Shown here piece by piece: positions 1 through 19,029 of a stretch of 64,000 bases of DNA. Source of the DNA: Hypanus sabinus (taxonomy: Eukaryota); the NCBI RefSeq assembly GCF_030144855.1, contig NC_082707.1, positions 116,312,001-116,376,000 of the forward strand, given 5' to 3'. A program made the position numbers and the translations under genes. Positions within the stretch are counted from its first letter, which is position 1. The number at the start of each line of letters is the position of its first letter. The notes below the pieces were generated by a model. That model was not told the DNA's origin. It ran no database searches and saw only the letters and a list, made by a program, of their open reading frames with translations.

Positions 1-456
1 TAAGATTGCAAAAGGCGAGGTGACTATTTAAATAATACGTGAGCATTTGCGTGGCGCCAAAAAATTCTCTCTTTAACTTAAATGAACCTGCAGCAAGGTG
101 TGGTCTTCTCTATAGGAGGGCTATGTGTCGCGTAGATTACGTACATGAGATTAGCACGAATCGCTAGATTGTTACTGAGGAGGAAGGAAATTGGAAAAAG
201 GAAAACCAACATAACTTCCATTTAAATCTCATTTTTTCTAAAATGTTAGTCCGTGTAATATTGTCTCCACCTTACAAATGACTCCATTTACTGAAATTCT
301 AAAATAAGAACAGAAAATACTCGAAACACAGCAGATCGAGCAGCTTCCGTGGAGATAATCACATCACAGTTAATTCTCTTTCATTTTCTACAAATGCTGC
401 CTGACCTGCTGAGTGTTCCCAGTATTTTCTTTTTTTTTAAAAATCAGGTTTTGCAC

Positions 457-462
457 TTTATT
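457..462 (-). terminator. Candidate polyadenylation signal of paralog A
   Basis: AATAAA on the minus strand about 30 nt after the stop codon. Confidence 0.45.
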
Positions 463-493
463 ATCAGGCTGCTTTTCGACTCCGTATCAGAAA

Positions 494-6046
<5,553 letters not shown>

Positions 6047-7979
6047 CTCAGACGGAAAGCTAGTGTCCTCGGCGATGCTCCTCCTCTCTAATAATCAGTG
6101 TCTGTTCAGAGCAGATTGTCTCCGGTTCCTGATACAGATATACACCAGTTGCAGTCTTCTGTGAAGTCACCAAGTATTAATCCCTGATACAGAGAGACGG
6201 GAGAACTCTGAAGCAGGATGATTATTAGTAGAAGATTTGTTTTAAACCACAGAATAACGCTAAAGGACACGTGGTATTTGTTGCGTTACATTGATACAAC
6301 TGGCAAGTGAAATAATATACGCAATTCAGCGCACTTATTGACCTAAGAAACTAGAACATATTGTCATCTTGTCTTTTAGTGATATGAACATTACTTACAC
6401 TTTGCAAAGTTCCCATCGAACTCCGTCAGTTACAACTTGTGACGTGATTTTTTGCTGAGTATATCAGAAATTGTAATAACATGGCCCAATGTATGACATT
6501 TTAAGTATATTTTTTCCCATCATAACTGCATATTGCTTCTTTCGGAGGGTAATCCTTGTAAACAATACATCAAACTCAAATTATTATTTCCAATATTGAT
6601 GTTCTTTCTCATTGTTCCATTCTCCCGATCTTGTTCAAAAATAGTTAAGTATTAGAATTTATCAGGGTGTCTTTCTTAAAATGCGCTCACATGCACAAAC
6701 ACGTAGCCTTCTAAGTGTACAGATGTTTCCTGAAAGGCAAAATCTTCGTTATAAAAGGTTGTTTACCTGCTTGTAAGGTTGTCGCCTAAAGTGAGGAAAC
6801 ATTTATTGAAAATTATTTCAATGAAAGCAATGGTGATGTCAATAACAATAAAACTATTCTGTGTAATAACATTACAAATGTAACATCTAATGATAATATT
6901 CCAAAACAAAATATCAGTTTCTATGTGAATTCTGCAGCTTTTAATTTCATTAATGCTCAAAATAATGTACCATGGCTCAGTTGATAATTTAGTCGTATCT
7001 GGTTTTTAAAAAACAGGTTCAATTTGCCTGCTATCATCCACTTGCCTTTGTCTCTCAAGTGCACTCTTTCTCAGTTTCCGTTCTAGCACTAAATGTCAAC
7101 AATTTCGTTCCGTCCCCGCAGATGCTGCTCGATCCGCTCAGCATCCGCAGCTGACTGGTTTTGTTCACTTTTGAATCGTCTCTTCCCGAGAACTGGGCAC
7201 AAAAAAATCAGAGTACGTTGACTTCGGAAGAGCTTTTCTACCGAACCCCATTCTGCTCGCTTAGGTCGTAAATCATCTTGAAAAACTTATTCTCACGGAG
7301 GGTGGAGAATTTCTGGAATTGGCTACCCCGCGGGAGTGGAAGCTAAAAGTATTCAAAGCGGGCGAGGAATCATCTTTGAAATATCGGAAGCTTGAGGGCT
7401 ATGGGGATCTGACACAGGGAAGAGAGTTCAGGCCTGGGGCAGATCAGCCCTCATCTCATTGAATGGCAGGGAATCACGTTGACTTCTGTCCTGTTCTGTG
7501 TATTAATTCAGGGATGAACGGGACAGTTTTCATCACTAATATTTACACTTAATGGACTGATTAAGATTGTGGTTTGTTACACTAACGATGATAATGTTCT
7601 GACAGAAAAGTTCACAGGGTGGAATAAACGCCAGCGTTTCCGTAGAAGTGAGATTCTGAAAGTCTGGGCGGGGCATCTTCTCCGGAAAAGAGGTGACACA
7701 TTAGGACAGAAATAAGAGAATATATGTCATTTCCCACACCCAAAAAGGGCTGCAGCATTTCAGTGGAAGCACTCTGTGCCTAACGTGCAAACTTTAACAA
7801 AGAATTCTAGAAATCTGAAGTCGAGCCGACAGGAAATACTCAGAAGAGTAGGCCGCGTTTATAGAAAGAACAACAGACGACGCCTCCGGTCTAGAATCCC
7901 ACATCAGAATTGGGAAGAGAAAAAAAAAAGTTAGTATTACTTAAAAGAAAATATTGGGAATTGTGGGTTAGGGATCAGA

Positions 7980-9700
7980 GAGATAGACAATTGACTATAG
8001 GTGCAGAAGTAGACCATTCGGCCCTTCGAGCCTGCACCGCCATTTTGAGATCATGGCTGATCATCTACTATCAATACCCGGTTCCTGCCTTGTCTCCATA
8101 TCCCTTGATTCCCCTATCCCTATCTAGCTCCTTCTTGAAAGCATCCAGAGAATTGGCCTCCACTGCCTTCTGAGGCAGTGCATTCCAGACCCCCACAACT
8201 CTCTGGGAGAAGAAGTTTTTCCTTAACTCTGTCCTAAATGACCTACCCCTTATTCTCAAACCATGCCCTCTAGTACTGGACTCTCCCAGCATCTGGAACA
8301 TATTTCCTGCCTCTATCTTGTCCAATCCCTTAATAATCTTATATGTTTCAATCAGATCCCCTCTCAATTTCCTTAATTCCAGCATGTACAAGCCCAGTCT
8401 CTCTAACCTTTATGCGTAAGACAGTCCAGACATCCCAGGAATTAACCTGGTGAATCTACGCTGCACTTCATCTACAGCCAGGATGTCCTTCCTTAACCCT
8501 GGAGACCAAAACTGTACACAATACTCCATGTGTGGTCTCACCAGGACTCTGTACAAATGCAAGAGGATTTCCTTGCTCTTGTACTCAATTCCCTTTGTAA
8601 TAAAGGCCAACATTCCATTAGCCTTCTTCACTGCCTGCTGCACTTGCTCATTCACCTTCAGTGACTGATGAACAAGGATTCCTAGATCTCTGTATTTCTC
8701 CCTTACCTAACTCTACACCGTTCAGATAATAATCTGCCTTCCTGTTCTTACTCCCAAAGTGGATAATCTCACACTTATTTACATTAAACATCATCTACCA
8801 AGTATCTGCCCACTCACCCAGCCTATCCAAGTCACCCTGAATTCTCCTAACATCCTCATCGTATGTCACACTTAGTATCATCAACAAATTTGCTGATGTT
8901 ATTCTCAATGCCTTCATCTAAATCGTTGACGTAAATTGTAAACAGTTGTGGTCCCAATACCGAGCCCTGAGGCACTCCACTAGTCACCACCTGCCATTCC
9001 GAGAAACACCCATTCACCGCTACCCTTTGCTTTCTATCTGCCAACCAGTTTTCTGTCCACGTCAATGTCTTCCCCCCACCGATGCCCCGAGCTTTGACTT
9101 TACCCACCAATCTCCTATGTGGGACCTTATCAAATGCCTTCTGAAAATCGAGGTACACTACATCCACTGGATCTCCCTTGTCTAACTTCCTGGTTACATC
9201 CTCGAAAAACTCCAACAGATTAGTCAAGCATGATTTACCCTTGGTAAATCCATGCAGGCTCGGCCCAATCCTATCACTGCTATCTAGATATGCCACTATT
9301 TCATCTTTAATAATGGACTCTAGCATCTTCCCCACCACCGATATCAGGCTGACAGGTCGATAGTTCTCTGTTTTCTCCCCCCCCTCCTTTCTTAAAAAGT
9401 GGGATAACATTAGCCATTCTCCAATCCTCAGGGACTGATCCTGAATCTAAGGAACATTGGAAAATGATTACCAATGAATCCGCAATTTCCAGGGCCACCT
9501 CCTTTAGTACCCTAGGATGCAGACCATCTGGACCTGGGGATTTGTCAGCTTTCAGTCCCATCAGTCTACTCATCACCGTTTTCTTCCTAATGTCAATCTG
9601 ATTCATTTCCTCTGTTACCATATGTCCTTGGCCCATCCATACATCTGGGAGATTGCTTGTGTCTTCCTTAGTGAAGACAGATCTAAAGTACTTATTAAAT
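7980..9700 (-). mobile_element. Young 5'-truncated CR1 LINE (RT plus 3' tail)
   Basis: ORFs contain [38 protein letters not shown] and MEYCVQFWSP. 3' ATTGTCT-type tail. Near-identical to 32335-34040. Confidence 0.95.
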
Positions 9701-10643
9701 AATAAGCAATACCTTATTAATAATAGCAATATCTCTGGAGGGGTGAGATTAAATGATTTAACCTGGCAGTTCTTAGCAATTAAGGTCAAAATGATTATTC
9801 TTCATTTGTCAAATGCGTTTCCAATGGGTTTGAGGACATATTTAGATAGAGAGACAGTGCACAAAGGGGAATAAACGGGGTTGCTGTTATGCAGACAGAC
9901 GGAATGTGTGAGGTTATCTACAGTGGGGATGTGAATAATGAGCCCAGAAGACTGTAGTATTTTTGTTATGGAATTTTCTGCAAGATTCGGCCATGGATAT
10001 CAAGCTGCTGAGTACATTCAAGACAGAGAGGTTAATTAGTTCCTATAAATCTCCCCAAGTGTGGGTGGCCTCTAGGAGAATCAGGGCGGGTGGGAATAGT
10101 TCTTCATGGGTGTGTGAAAGTTTCGGGTATGAGGAAGCAAGCGGGAGAATATCTCTGATGGGATTGTTCAGAGACGGGCTGAATAGCATCCTTCTGTGAA
10201 ATAGAAGAAGGATGGATCTTTGGATACTGATTGGGAAATAAGGAGGCGTAGCAGGAAATAGAATGGAGGGACAGGATCAGCCTTGAGATTAAACGGCCGG
10301 AGCCGCCTGTCGTGCTGCTGTTACCCAGCGCTTCTACTTTAATGTTGTTACCCTTTTGGGGGGGAAGGGGATGAGAAAAACTTAATCTGATAAATTTTCG
10401 AGCAGCTGCTGTGCTCATTATTTTCACTTTCAACATGACGATAGTGACATACCTCTGGTGGTAAAATGTAAAAAGGCGCTCTACAAATACAAATAGATAT
10501 TCCTTATTAACAATGAAGCTAAAAAGCTTAAATCCAGTCAGCACTATTAATATTGTATATTCTGATAACACGAGCCATAAGTTCTGAACTTTAAGAGATT
10601 TACAGAGCCAACAAAACTAACCGTAAAATAATTTTTAAATCTC

Positions 10644-10696
<53 letters not shown>
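10644..10696. repeat. (ATT)n microsatellite
   Basis: About 17 perfect units. Confidence 0.95.
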
Positions 10697-10698
<2 letters not shown>

Positions 10699-11144
10699 TA
10701 CAGAACATTAAAAAGAACTAATTGAATAGCTGTGCTATGGAGACTCCGGTGCATTCTAATAGATGCAAATTGTTTGTTATGTCTCCCCTGTTGCTGATGC
10801 AGGTTCTCATCCAAAGCATCCATCTTCCCTTTGCTTCCACAGATTATGTCTGACGTGCATGACCTGCTCCAGGAGTTATATTTTAGCATTTTCAGCACTA
10901 ATTAGATAGAGAGGCACTTCTTCAGTACCCTTTCTCGTGTCTCCATATCCTTCCCGCAATGACGCTACCAGAACTGCACGCAATCAAAATCATACCTACA
11001 GCATGGCGTCTTGACTTGTATATTTAATACTCCCACCAATGGAGATGCAAATCATACACCTTATTTACCACCCTATGTGTGTGTTGCCAACATCAGGAAG
11101 CCAAGGACATGCACCCCATGCCTTTGTAAATGAGTGCTCTTAAA

Positions 11145-11330
11145 GGTCCTCTGGGCTAATGGTGCTCGTCGGCCCTGGTTAGCAGCTCATCTAGGAGAAG
11201 GAAAAACTCTGATCTCAAAGCTCTGCTGCCTTGCGGCTGTACCCTCTCATGGGGAAGGCTTCGGAAGAAACCCTGAGGAAAAATCCGGAGCTGGAATTCC
11301 TAAGGCAGTCCAACGCTGCACTCAACGTAG
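11145..11330 (+). mobile_element. RTE/Rex3-type 5' fragment or derived SINE
   Basis: Motif ctaggagaaggaaaactctgatctcaaa resembles the 5' region of fish RTE-clade elements (recalled). Confidence 0.4.
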
Positions 11331-12959
11331 ACGGCAGCACCAAAGACCTGACTAGTGCCAAATTGTATCGATCTATGTTGTTCCTTTGGATGTATTTGCT
11401 GCATGAAGGGTGGGAGCCTGCTACATCGGCAACAGCTTGCTCTCCATGTTGTACTGACCTAAATTGCGTACTGGCTTGCATCTCGACTTCGACGTGAATA
11501 GCAGGATGCAACGTCTATAGTTGACTCCAACAAACAGAGGGCCACAAAATAGGACCTGCCATTTACCGTATATTTTCTTTGCGTTTGACCTTCCAAAATC
11601 CAACACCTCAAATAAAGTGAACGAGATCCTTGTAAAACATACAAATGGTATCATTGGACCTAAGGAAAAAGGGGAATTGAGCGACTGCAAAATTTTGGTT
11701 GATAATTACGATGCCATTAGAAATGGTGGGCCATAAATAACTGGGACACTAGTGTAGGGAACCAGTGAATGAAATTAATGTTTTGTACATATCCCAAAGT
11801 TTACCAGTGACTGTGCATTTCAGGACAAGAAACATGCCAGTGGGGATTAGTGCTGATTGGGGTTAAGACTCTCTGTCATTGGTTCTCAGATCCAGTAAAT
11901 AACTCTTTGACCAAAATGATTGATTTAGAGACCAAATGTTGCATTCTCTCTTTATCATGCAGCGTTGCTTGTTAACCCAGCATAAAATTCATATTTAAGT
12001 ATTTAGCACCAAAAGATTTTTTTTTACAACTTGGCCATCTTATCAGTAAAAGTCAGTTTGTTGTCAGTGCTCCATTGAGCAATGTTGCACGCTGGAACTT
12101 ACTGTGGATGCTTGTACGTTTTGAATTTATTTTGGAGATCCTCAGGTTCTGTGGTTCTGTTGGGCCATGCTTAGATACGAAAACCTTCCCTTTTATGAAA
12201 TATGAGTATAACTACTGGAATATTGTCCCTTTGCCCATTGACTTCAGTTTTCTCAGGACAACTTGTTGCTAAGCCTGGTCAAAGGCTGTTGTGATGCCAT
12301 TTCATCTCTGGAATATGATCTTTTATTTCTCAATATCTCTCTCTTTCAGATGTATGTCCCAAGGCATAAGGCAACACCTGTTCACTGTGCTCTTTACTCG
12401 CCTTACACTAACTCAAACTCAAACCCTATTCCTCCTCCTCCTCCTCCTCACACTTTTCCTGCAGACCATGGCGGCGATTTGTGCCCATCCCTAATACGCG
12501 CCTTTACTTAAGGCATGAGAGGAAAGATAAAAATCAGCTCCAGCCTCAATGCTGTCGGTATCACAGCACGAGATATCTCCCCTGATGGTATTTCTGACAT
12601 CAGCCAGCATCCTGTTCATCGTTGTATGAATAAATTTCCAATTTCAATACAGAAACCCATTGTGTACACTTCTTGCCACATCAGATTGAAGATTAGAGGC
12701 ATTGCACACGACGCTCGTTTCAATTCCCTCTCATGGGATATGTTATCAGATTCAGGGCATGCCTTCTTGAACCACTACAATTCTTTTGGCTGGCAACTCT
12801 GCATTTGAGTAAGGATGGACCACATTCTGGAGGGAAATATCATAAACAAGGAGAAAGTTCAGAAAGCAGAGGGGCAAAGGGATCTTAGTCTTCTGGAAGT
12901 AAATGCTAGCATTGTGTTTGCCATCCTTACCACCAACTCAACCAGCAAGTTTAAAAGAT

Positions 12960-13825
12960 TTCAATGCTAGCATTTATTTCGAGGACTAAAATATAAAAGC
13001 AAATATGTAATGCTGGGGCTTTATAAGGCACTGATCAGGCCACAATTCAATGGTCTTCAATAGATACATTTAATGTCAGAGAAATGTATACAATATACAT
13101 TCTGAAATTCTTTTTCTTCAAAAACAGCCACAAAAACAGAGGAGTGCCCCAAAGAATGAATGACAGTTAAATGGTAGAACCTACAGCTCCCCCCCCCAGC
13201 TCCCCTTCCCACGCATAAGTGTCAGCAAGGCAATGATTCCCACCCCTTCCCACCAGCAAACAAGCATCGGCACCCCTACCGAGCTCTTGGAGTATTGTGA
13301 GCAGCTTTGGGATCTTATCTAAGAAGAGATGTGTTGACTTTTGAAGTGGTCCAGAGGAGGTTCATGAGAATGATTCCGGAAAAGAATGGGTTAAGGTATC
13401 CAGAGCGTCTGATGTCTCTAGGCCTATACTCACTGCAGAATGAAGGGGAAATATTATTGAAACCTGTTGAATATTGGAAGGCCCAGGTAGAGTGGACGTG
13501 GAGAGGATGTTTTGTATAATGGAGGAGACAAGGACCAGCTGGCACAGCCTTGGAATAGAAGGAAGTCCCTTTAGAGCAGAGATAAGGAGGAATATTTTTC
13601 GGCAGAGAATGGCAAATCTGTGGAACTTATTATTAAAGATGGCCGTGGAGGCCAAGTCACTGGATATATTCAAAGTGGAGGTTGGCAGGTTTTTATTTGA
13701 AGGCGTTTCAAAGATTATGGGCAGAAGGCAGTGGATTGGTGTTGAGAGGGATAATAAATCAGCCATGATTAAATGGTGGAGCAGGTTCAATGGGCCCAAA
13801 TGGAACAATTCTCTTGCTATGTCGT
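12960..13825 (+). mobile_element. CR1 3' fragment interrupted by an antisense Rex1-type 3' end (about 13050-13285)
   Basis: The CR1 sequence caggccaca...ttggagtattgtgagcag is split by the reverse complement of the repeat at 18100-18235. Confidence 0.75.
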
Positions 13826-15159
13826 ATAGGCTCATGGTTTTATGGAAATAAACTAGAGAGTGGTTATGTTTTTATCTGCCTGCTGCCCTTTATTCCTTGT
13901 TGCTAGAGGTCATGGGTTTGTGAGATGCTGCCCAAGTAGCCTGGGTGGTGAAGTTTGTTGATGGTACACTCGGCAGATACAATGACTGATGAAGGGAATG
14001 CTTGCTTAGCCTGGTTGAAATGAAGGGAATCAATTTTCTCCTTGAGTGCTGAGCATTGTTCGCACCACAGTTATCCAAGCAAACAGAGGACATGCTACCT
14101 TATAGAATGAAATGGACCTCGTGATGCCGTGCAATGAATCACTTACTGTGCACATGGTATTAATATGGCTGGTCCTATAACATTCTTGGACGTTAATCAC
14201 CATCTAAATATTAATGAGGAAGGATTAAGCAAAGGTAATGGGATGTGAAAAGCTGGTGGTTAGATTCTGTATTGCTAAGAAAGGTCATTGTCTGTGGTGC
14301 AAGTGTCACTTACCACTTTTCAGCCCATGCCCGAATACTGTCTAGGTCCCGCTGCATGCAGGCATGAGCCGTGCCATTGACTGAAAACGTGACTGGTGTT
14401 ATGTTAAGAAAATATCCACACTACTAACCTTGAAAGGAAGGTCTTTGCTGAAAATGCTGAAGATGGTTGTGCCCAGGACTCTGTCGGATCCCCTGAAGTA
14501 AGTTCATTGAGTTCTGGTAGACAAAACCATTTTCCATTGTGACTCCAATCGATGGCCAGACTCTAATATTTTGCCCACTGGCTTTAATCCCCTTGTTCTA
14601 GGTCAAGCACGGTCACGCCCACGTCATCTCTGGAATTTAATTATTTTTCCATACTTGGTAATGTCTGTGGAATCTGTGACACTGCCTGGAGACGTGTGGT
14701 TCTGGTGAAATTCAAACTGGGCATTGATGAGTAGGGTATTTGTGATTAAATGCCACCTGTTTGATGACAGCTCCCATCATTTTGCTGATGATTGGGAGGA
14801 GAGTAATTGGTGGCCATGTTGTTTAGTGAACAGGAACTTCTTGATAAGATTCCACATCATTGGGTCATTGTTGCAACTGTACTAGAATGGCTAAAGCAGC
14901 AGCTAGTTCTGGAGCGCAAGTATTCAGGACTACAGCTGGTACGCTGTCTGATGTGGACTTACTGTGTTTACAGAGTGAATGGAGGCTGGCTTCTGTAATG
15001 GAAGAAATCTTGGGCGGAAGTCATGGTTGATTCGATATTATTGTGAATGTGTCATTATTTTATTTAACTCCCTGAGGGGCCACCATGTTTGAAGTTGAGT
15101 ATGTTCCAGAAGCCAACCTCCCTTGTTACTGTTTAATTTTGTCCCCGATTCACCACCTC

Positions 15160-15346
15160 GTCATTGTATACCAAGCAGTAGTGAATCTGGACATGCTGTG
15201 TTGAATAGATGTTTCGCCACACATTCAAGAGGCTTCTTCAGTTCTGATCCATGATCAACTTCTAGACAACATAGCAAGTCTAGTTGCCTTGATTCATTAC
15301 TGCTTGATGTACAATAACCTGGATGATTGAGAACCTTCATAGGCAT
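15160..15346. mobile_element. Penelope-like terminal-repeat fragment with hammerhead-like core
   Basis: Minus strand CTGAAGAAGCC...GGCGAAAC; plus strand acctggatgattgagaacc terminus. Confidence 0.5.
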
Positions 15347-15397
15347 ACGACCTTAACATTTCCTTTGAGATTGTTTATCTCTAAATTTCAGATGGTG

Positions 15398-16990
15398 ATG
15401 AGAGGGCGTACATGAGCCAGACAGATCAGCTGGTTGAGCAACAACAACCTTGCATTCAATGTCAGTAAGACCAAAGAATTGATTGTGGACTTAAAGGGTA
15501 AAACGAGGGAACATACCCCAGTCCAAATAGGGGGAGCAGAATCGTAAAGACTGAGTAATTTTGAGTTCCTTGGAGGCAATATCTCTGAGCATTTAACCTG
15601 GACCCGACATATCGATGCAGCCATCAAGAAGGCATGACAGTGGCTGTATTTCATTAGGAATTTGAGGATATTTGGTATGTCAGCAAAAACACTCGGAAAT
15701 TTCTACCTATGTACCGTGGAGAACCTTCTAAGGGGCTGCATCGCCGTCTGGTATGGGGGCGGGGAAGAGTGGGCGGTGACGGCTAGTGCACAGGATTGAA
15801 GTGAGCTGCAGAGAGTTCTAAACTTGGTCAGCTCCGTCAGTCGTTCAATAGTTCCATTTAGAATCGGAAACTGTGTACAATATGCAACCTGAAATGATTG
15901 CTCTTTGCAGACATCCGTAAAATCAGAAGAGTGCTCCAAACAATGAATTATAGTAAAAAAATTAGAACCACAAGCCCTCTTCTCACCCTCCCTCGCACAA
16001 AAAGCCGCATGGCATCAACCCTCCCCTCCTTCCCCTACTTATTTGAGCAAAAAGCATTAGCACCCCCGACCAGCAAGCAACAGCAAAGTTCTCAAGAGAG
16101 ATCATATCTGCAGTGCATTAAACCTAATCGTTGACACGACCAATTCGACATGCGCAGGCTCGCTCTCTCCCTCATAAAGGGGCAGCGAGGTGTCACACAG
16201 CAGGAGGGGAGACTAACAAACACAAAACAATGGGCTGATTTACAGTGTTAAGTCTGCCGCATCGCTTTTCTTTGAATTTTCCGACTCAAGAATGGTCAGC
16301 AAACTCTCCACCGCTAACGAAAGAAGGGAAAGAGAGAGAGAGAGAACAGTTCGCTGAATACAGAGACCCGCTATTCCCGATATTGCGTTTCCTCCCGCGA
16401 CCCTTCAGTCAGCGGCACAGGCACATAATCGGAATTTCCTCAAGACCGCAAAGACGGGAAACTCCAAAGGCACACTCGCCTGCTAGGCTGAACTCTTGGG
16501 ATATTGAAAAAAACCCGATCGGTGAGCTCCGGGAACCATCTCAGCAAAGAACCTCAGTTTGAGAGCACCTGAAGATCAAGGGCACGGACAAAACCCATCC
16601 ATCTTGAAAAAAAGAGAAACATTAAGGTGGAACATAAGTTGTTTCCGCAGAAGAACTCGGAGAAGCTGTTCTGTAGCGCCATCGTAGCTCTGCCACTAAC
16701 ATCGGTAGTATCCGGGACATTTTCAAGAAGCGATGCCTCAAAAAGACGGCAAACATTACCAAGGACCCCATCACCCAAGTCATGTCTTTTTCTCAATACT
16801 ATCATCAGGAAGGAGGTACAGAAGCGTGAAGGCACATATTGAACCCATGAACACTACCTCACGATGTTTCGTTATTTCTATTTTTGCACTACTTATTTCA
16901 TTTCACAGCTTTCCCCCTTTATTATCATGCATTGCATTGTACCGCTGCGCAGTCAACAAATTTCACAACACGTGCTGGTGCTATTAAATT
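15398..16990 (+). mobile_element. Rex1/Babar LINE 3' fragment with a nested antisense repeat (about 15840-16680)
   Basis: caacaaccttgcattcaatgtcagtaagaccaaagaattgattgtggac region; the Rex1 sequence resumes near 16700 (aaggaccccatcaccca). Confidence 0.75.
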
Positions 16991-17569
16991 TGATCCCGAC
17001 CCTGATTCTGAAACGCCATTCTATGTGCATATTTTGCAACTTTACTAGTGTGGTACCACATCGTTTTTTTTTCGGCCTGTGTCCTTACATGGCAGATAAC
17101 AGGCTGTCCGGCATTTACCTGACATTATAATAGCTATCGATGTTTTCTTTTGTATACAAGTTTTGAAAACATCCTGAAATTTGAATGAAACACGAAAATC
17201 TCCAAACACCTAGTAATATGCCCAAAAGAAAGATTCGACAAAAGCCATTGTTAAGTCTTCATTTTTCGGTGATATTTAGCGTAATTGTGATCCTTGGGTT
17301 TCTGTATGCCTGGTTTGATAATTACTGACAAAATATGTGCGTCCACTAAGTGATGAGAATCTGCCTTTCAATGTCAGGGCGCACAATTCTAATGGAATTT
17401 AATGGAGTAAAATTGAGAATGCGTTTTCATCTAAAAATGCTGGGAGAAATTAACTAGTCTTTATTTGCAGATGTGTATGTCAATAATTAAAGGTGACTCC
17501 TTTGCTTGCATCTTCGGAAACAGCTCTACATTCATCTTTAATATCTCTATTTTTACCTTTCAGGGTTCT

Positions 17570-18240
17570 GTTGAAGACCCTGACCTGGAGTTACACGCTG
17601 ACTTCTATTGTTTGTGGGAATGGGACCCGCTCTCGGGGTGTCACGACTGGCCATTATCCGACGTGCCAAGGGCGCGGACTAAGAGCTCGGCTTGACTTTG
17701 GAGGCCTAGGATCTCGGGGCTCTGGAGACAGGTGGATCGAAGGTCAGTGCCCTGGATCGGTATGTCATGGGAGCTGGAAGATTTTTGGCTGTGTGCCCAG
17801 AGACCTGAGATCTCTGGGCACACAGCTTGGAAAAAGCAATGGAATGGACTTTTAACATCGAGTTGTTTGTTATGTCTCCCTTCTCGCTGTGAAATGGGGA
17901 CATTTCTTACTCTCTTATTAGTGAGAGAGAGCCTGTGGTGTGTCGAATACTGGGTGAATGCGTAGTCTTTGGAGTACTGCAGGTCTGTGCCTTTGCTGTT
18001 GATTTTGCTGCACGCTTGAGTGCTCGGTGGTGGGTGCCGATCCCTTTTTTGCTGGTGGTGGGAGGAGGGATTGTTGATTGCTGCCGCTTACGTGTAGGAG
18101 GGTGGAGAGCTGTGGAGGGGATGTTGGGGTTCCTACATTTATCTGTCATTCATTCTTTGGGGCACTCCCTTGTTTTTGCAGATGGTTGGGAAGAGAAAGA
18201 ATTTCAGGATGTATGTTGTATACATTGTGTACCTTTGAAA
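17570..18240 (+). mobile_element. Non-autonomous interspersed repeat with Rex1-type 3' end
   Basis: 3' end gaatttcaggatgtatgttgtatacatt is shared with the antisense copies at 13050 and 15850. Confidence 0.6.
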
Positions 18241-18270
18241 CGTTGAAGCTTTTGAAAAGTGTGTGTGCGG

Positions 18271-18272
<2 letters not shown>

Positions 18273-18321
<49 letters not shown>
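18273..18321. repeat. (CA)n microsatellite
   Basis: About 24 units. Confidence 0.95.
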
Positions 18322-18322
<1 letters not shown>

Positions 18323-19029
18323 CTATGTAATGCTTTTGGTACATATTGCCTGACTAATTTGGGCATTCGATTCGATTGAACACATTCCTAACCTGGGATA
18401 TGATTTCTTGTTCTCTTTATATTCCTTCCTTCAGCCGCTTAAGAACAATGCCATCCCAGTTTTTTTATTTTCTGGTGCACGTTGGTTTCCTTAACGTTGG
18501 CTGTGGGAAAATAGGATTTATTTCATATTCCCTCTCTTCATCCTTGCTTACAAATAAACCTATCACACCCTTCGTTTCATACAGTATGTGTTCTGACTTA
18601 GACATTGAGACTCTCCACAGAACATAGCAATCTTCCTTTCGAAAGTAATATCACTCTTTGCTTCTTTGACAATTGCAGTTCATTTCTATTAATTTCAATT
18701 TGATATATGGTATTTAATAATGTTGTTCTTCATAACTCTGCCATCTCCCTTCTGTAACCTTACAAACCGCTCTTTTGCCCTCCATTTGTTTGGTGACAAA
18801 GTACATGTAGAAGCTGAAATAAGTTAAGAAGTTGAAGAAGCGGCCATAGTTAATATCGTCCACTGTTGGTCCAACCAATTGGCCTCGATACTGTAGGACT
18901 GTTTTGATGATGTCGAATGGAATGTTATCCATGATGAGGAATGGGGTCATGAGTTTCATCGAGGATGTTTTCTTCCAGAAATCGATCAGGGTCTTTCCAG
19001 ATCAGAAACCTCAGATCAACAGTTCTGTG

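Noticed and set aside
7069-7084. ISRE-like motifs suggesting interferon induction (also near 27200 and 63920)
   Set aside because: Imperfect, not in equivalent positions across paralogs and expected by chance in AT-rich DNA.
12263-12808. Possible exons in non-repeat-looking sequence
   Set aside because: No recognisable protein similarity or coherent splice pattern; may be an ancient repeat.
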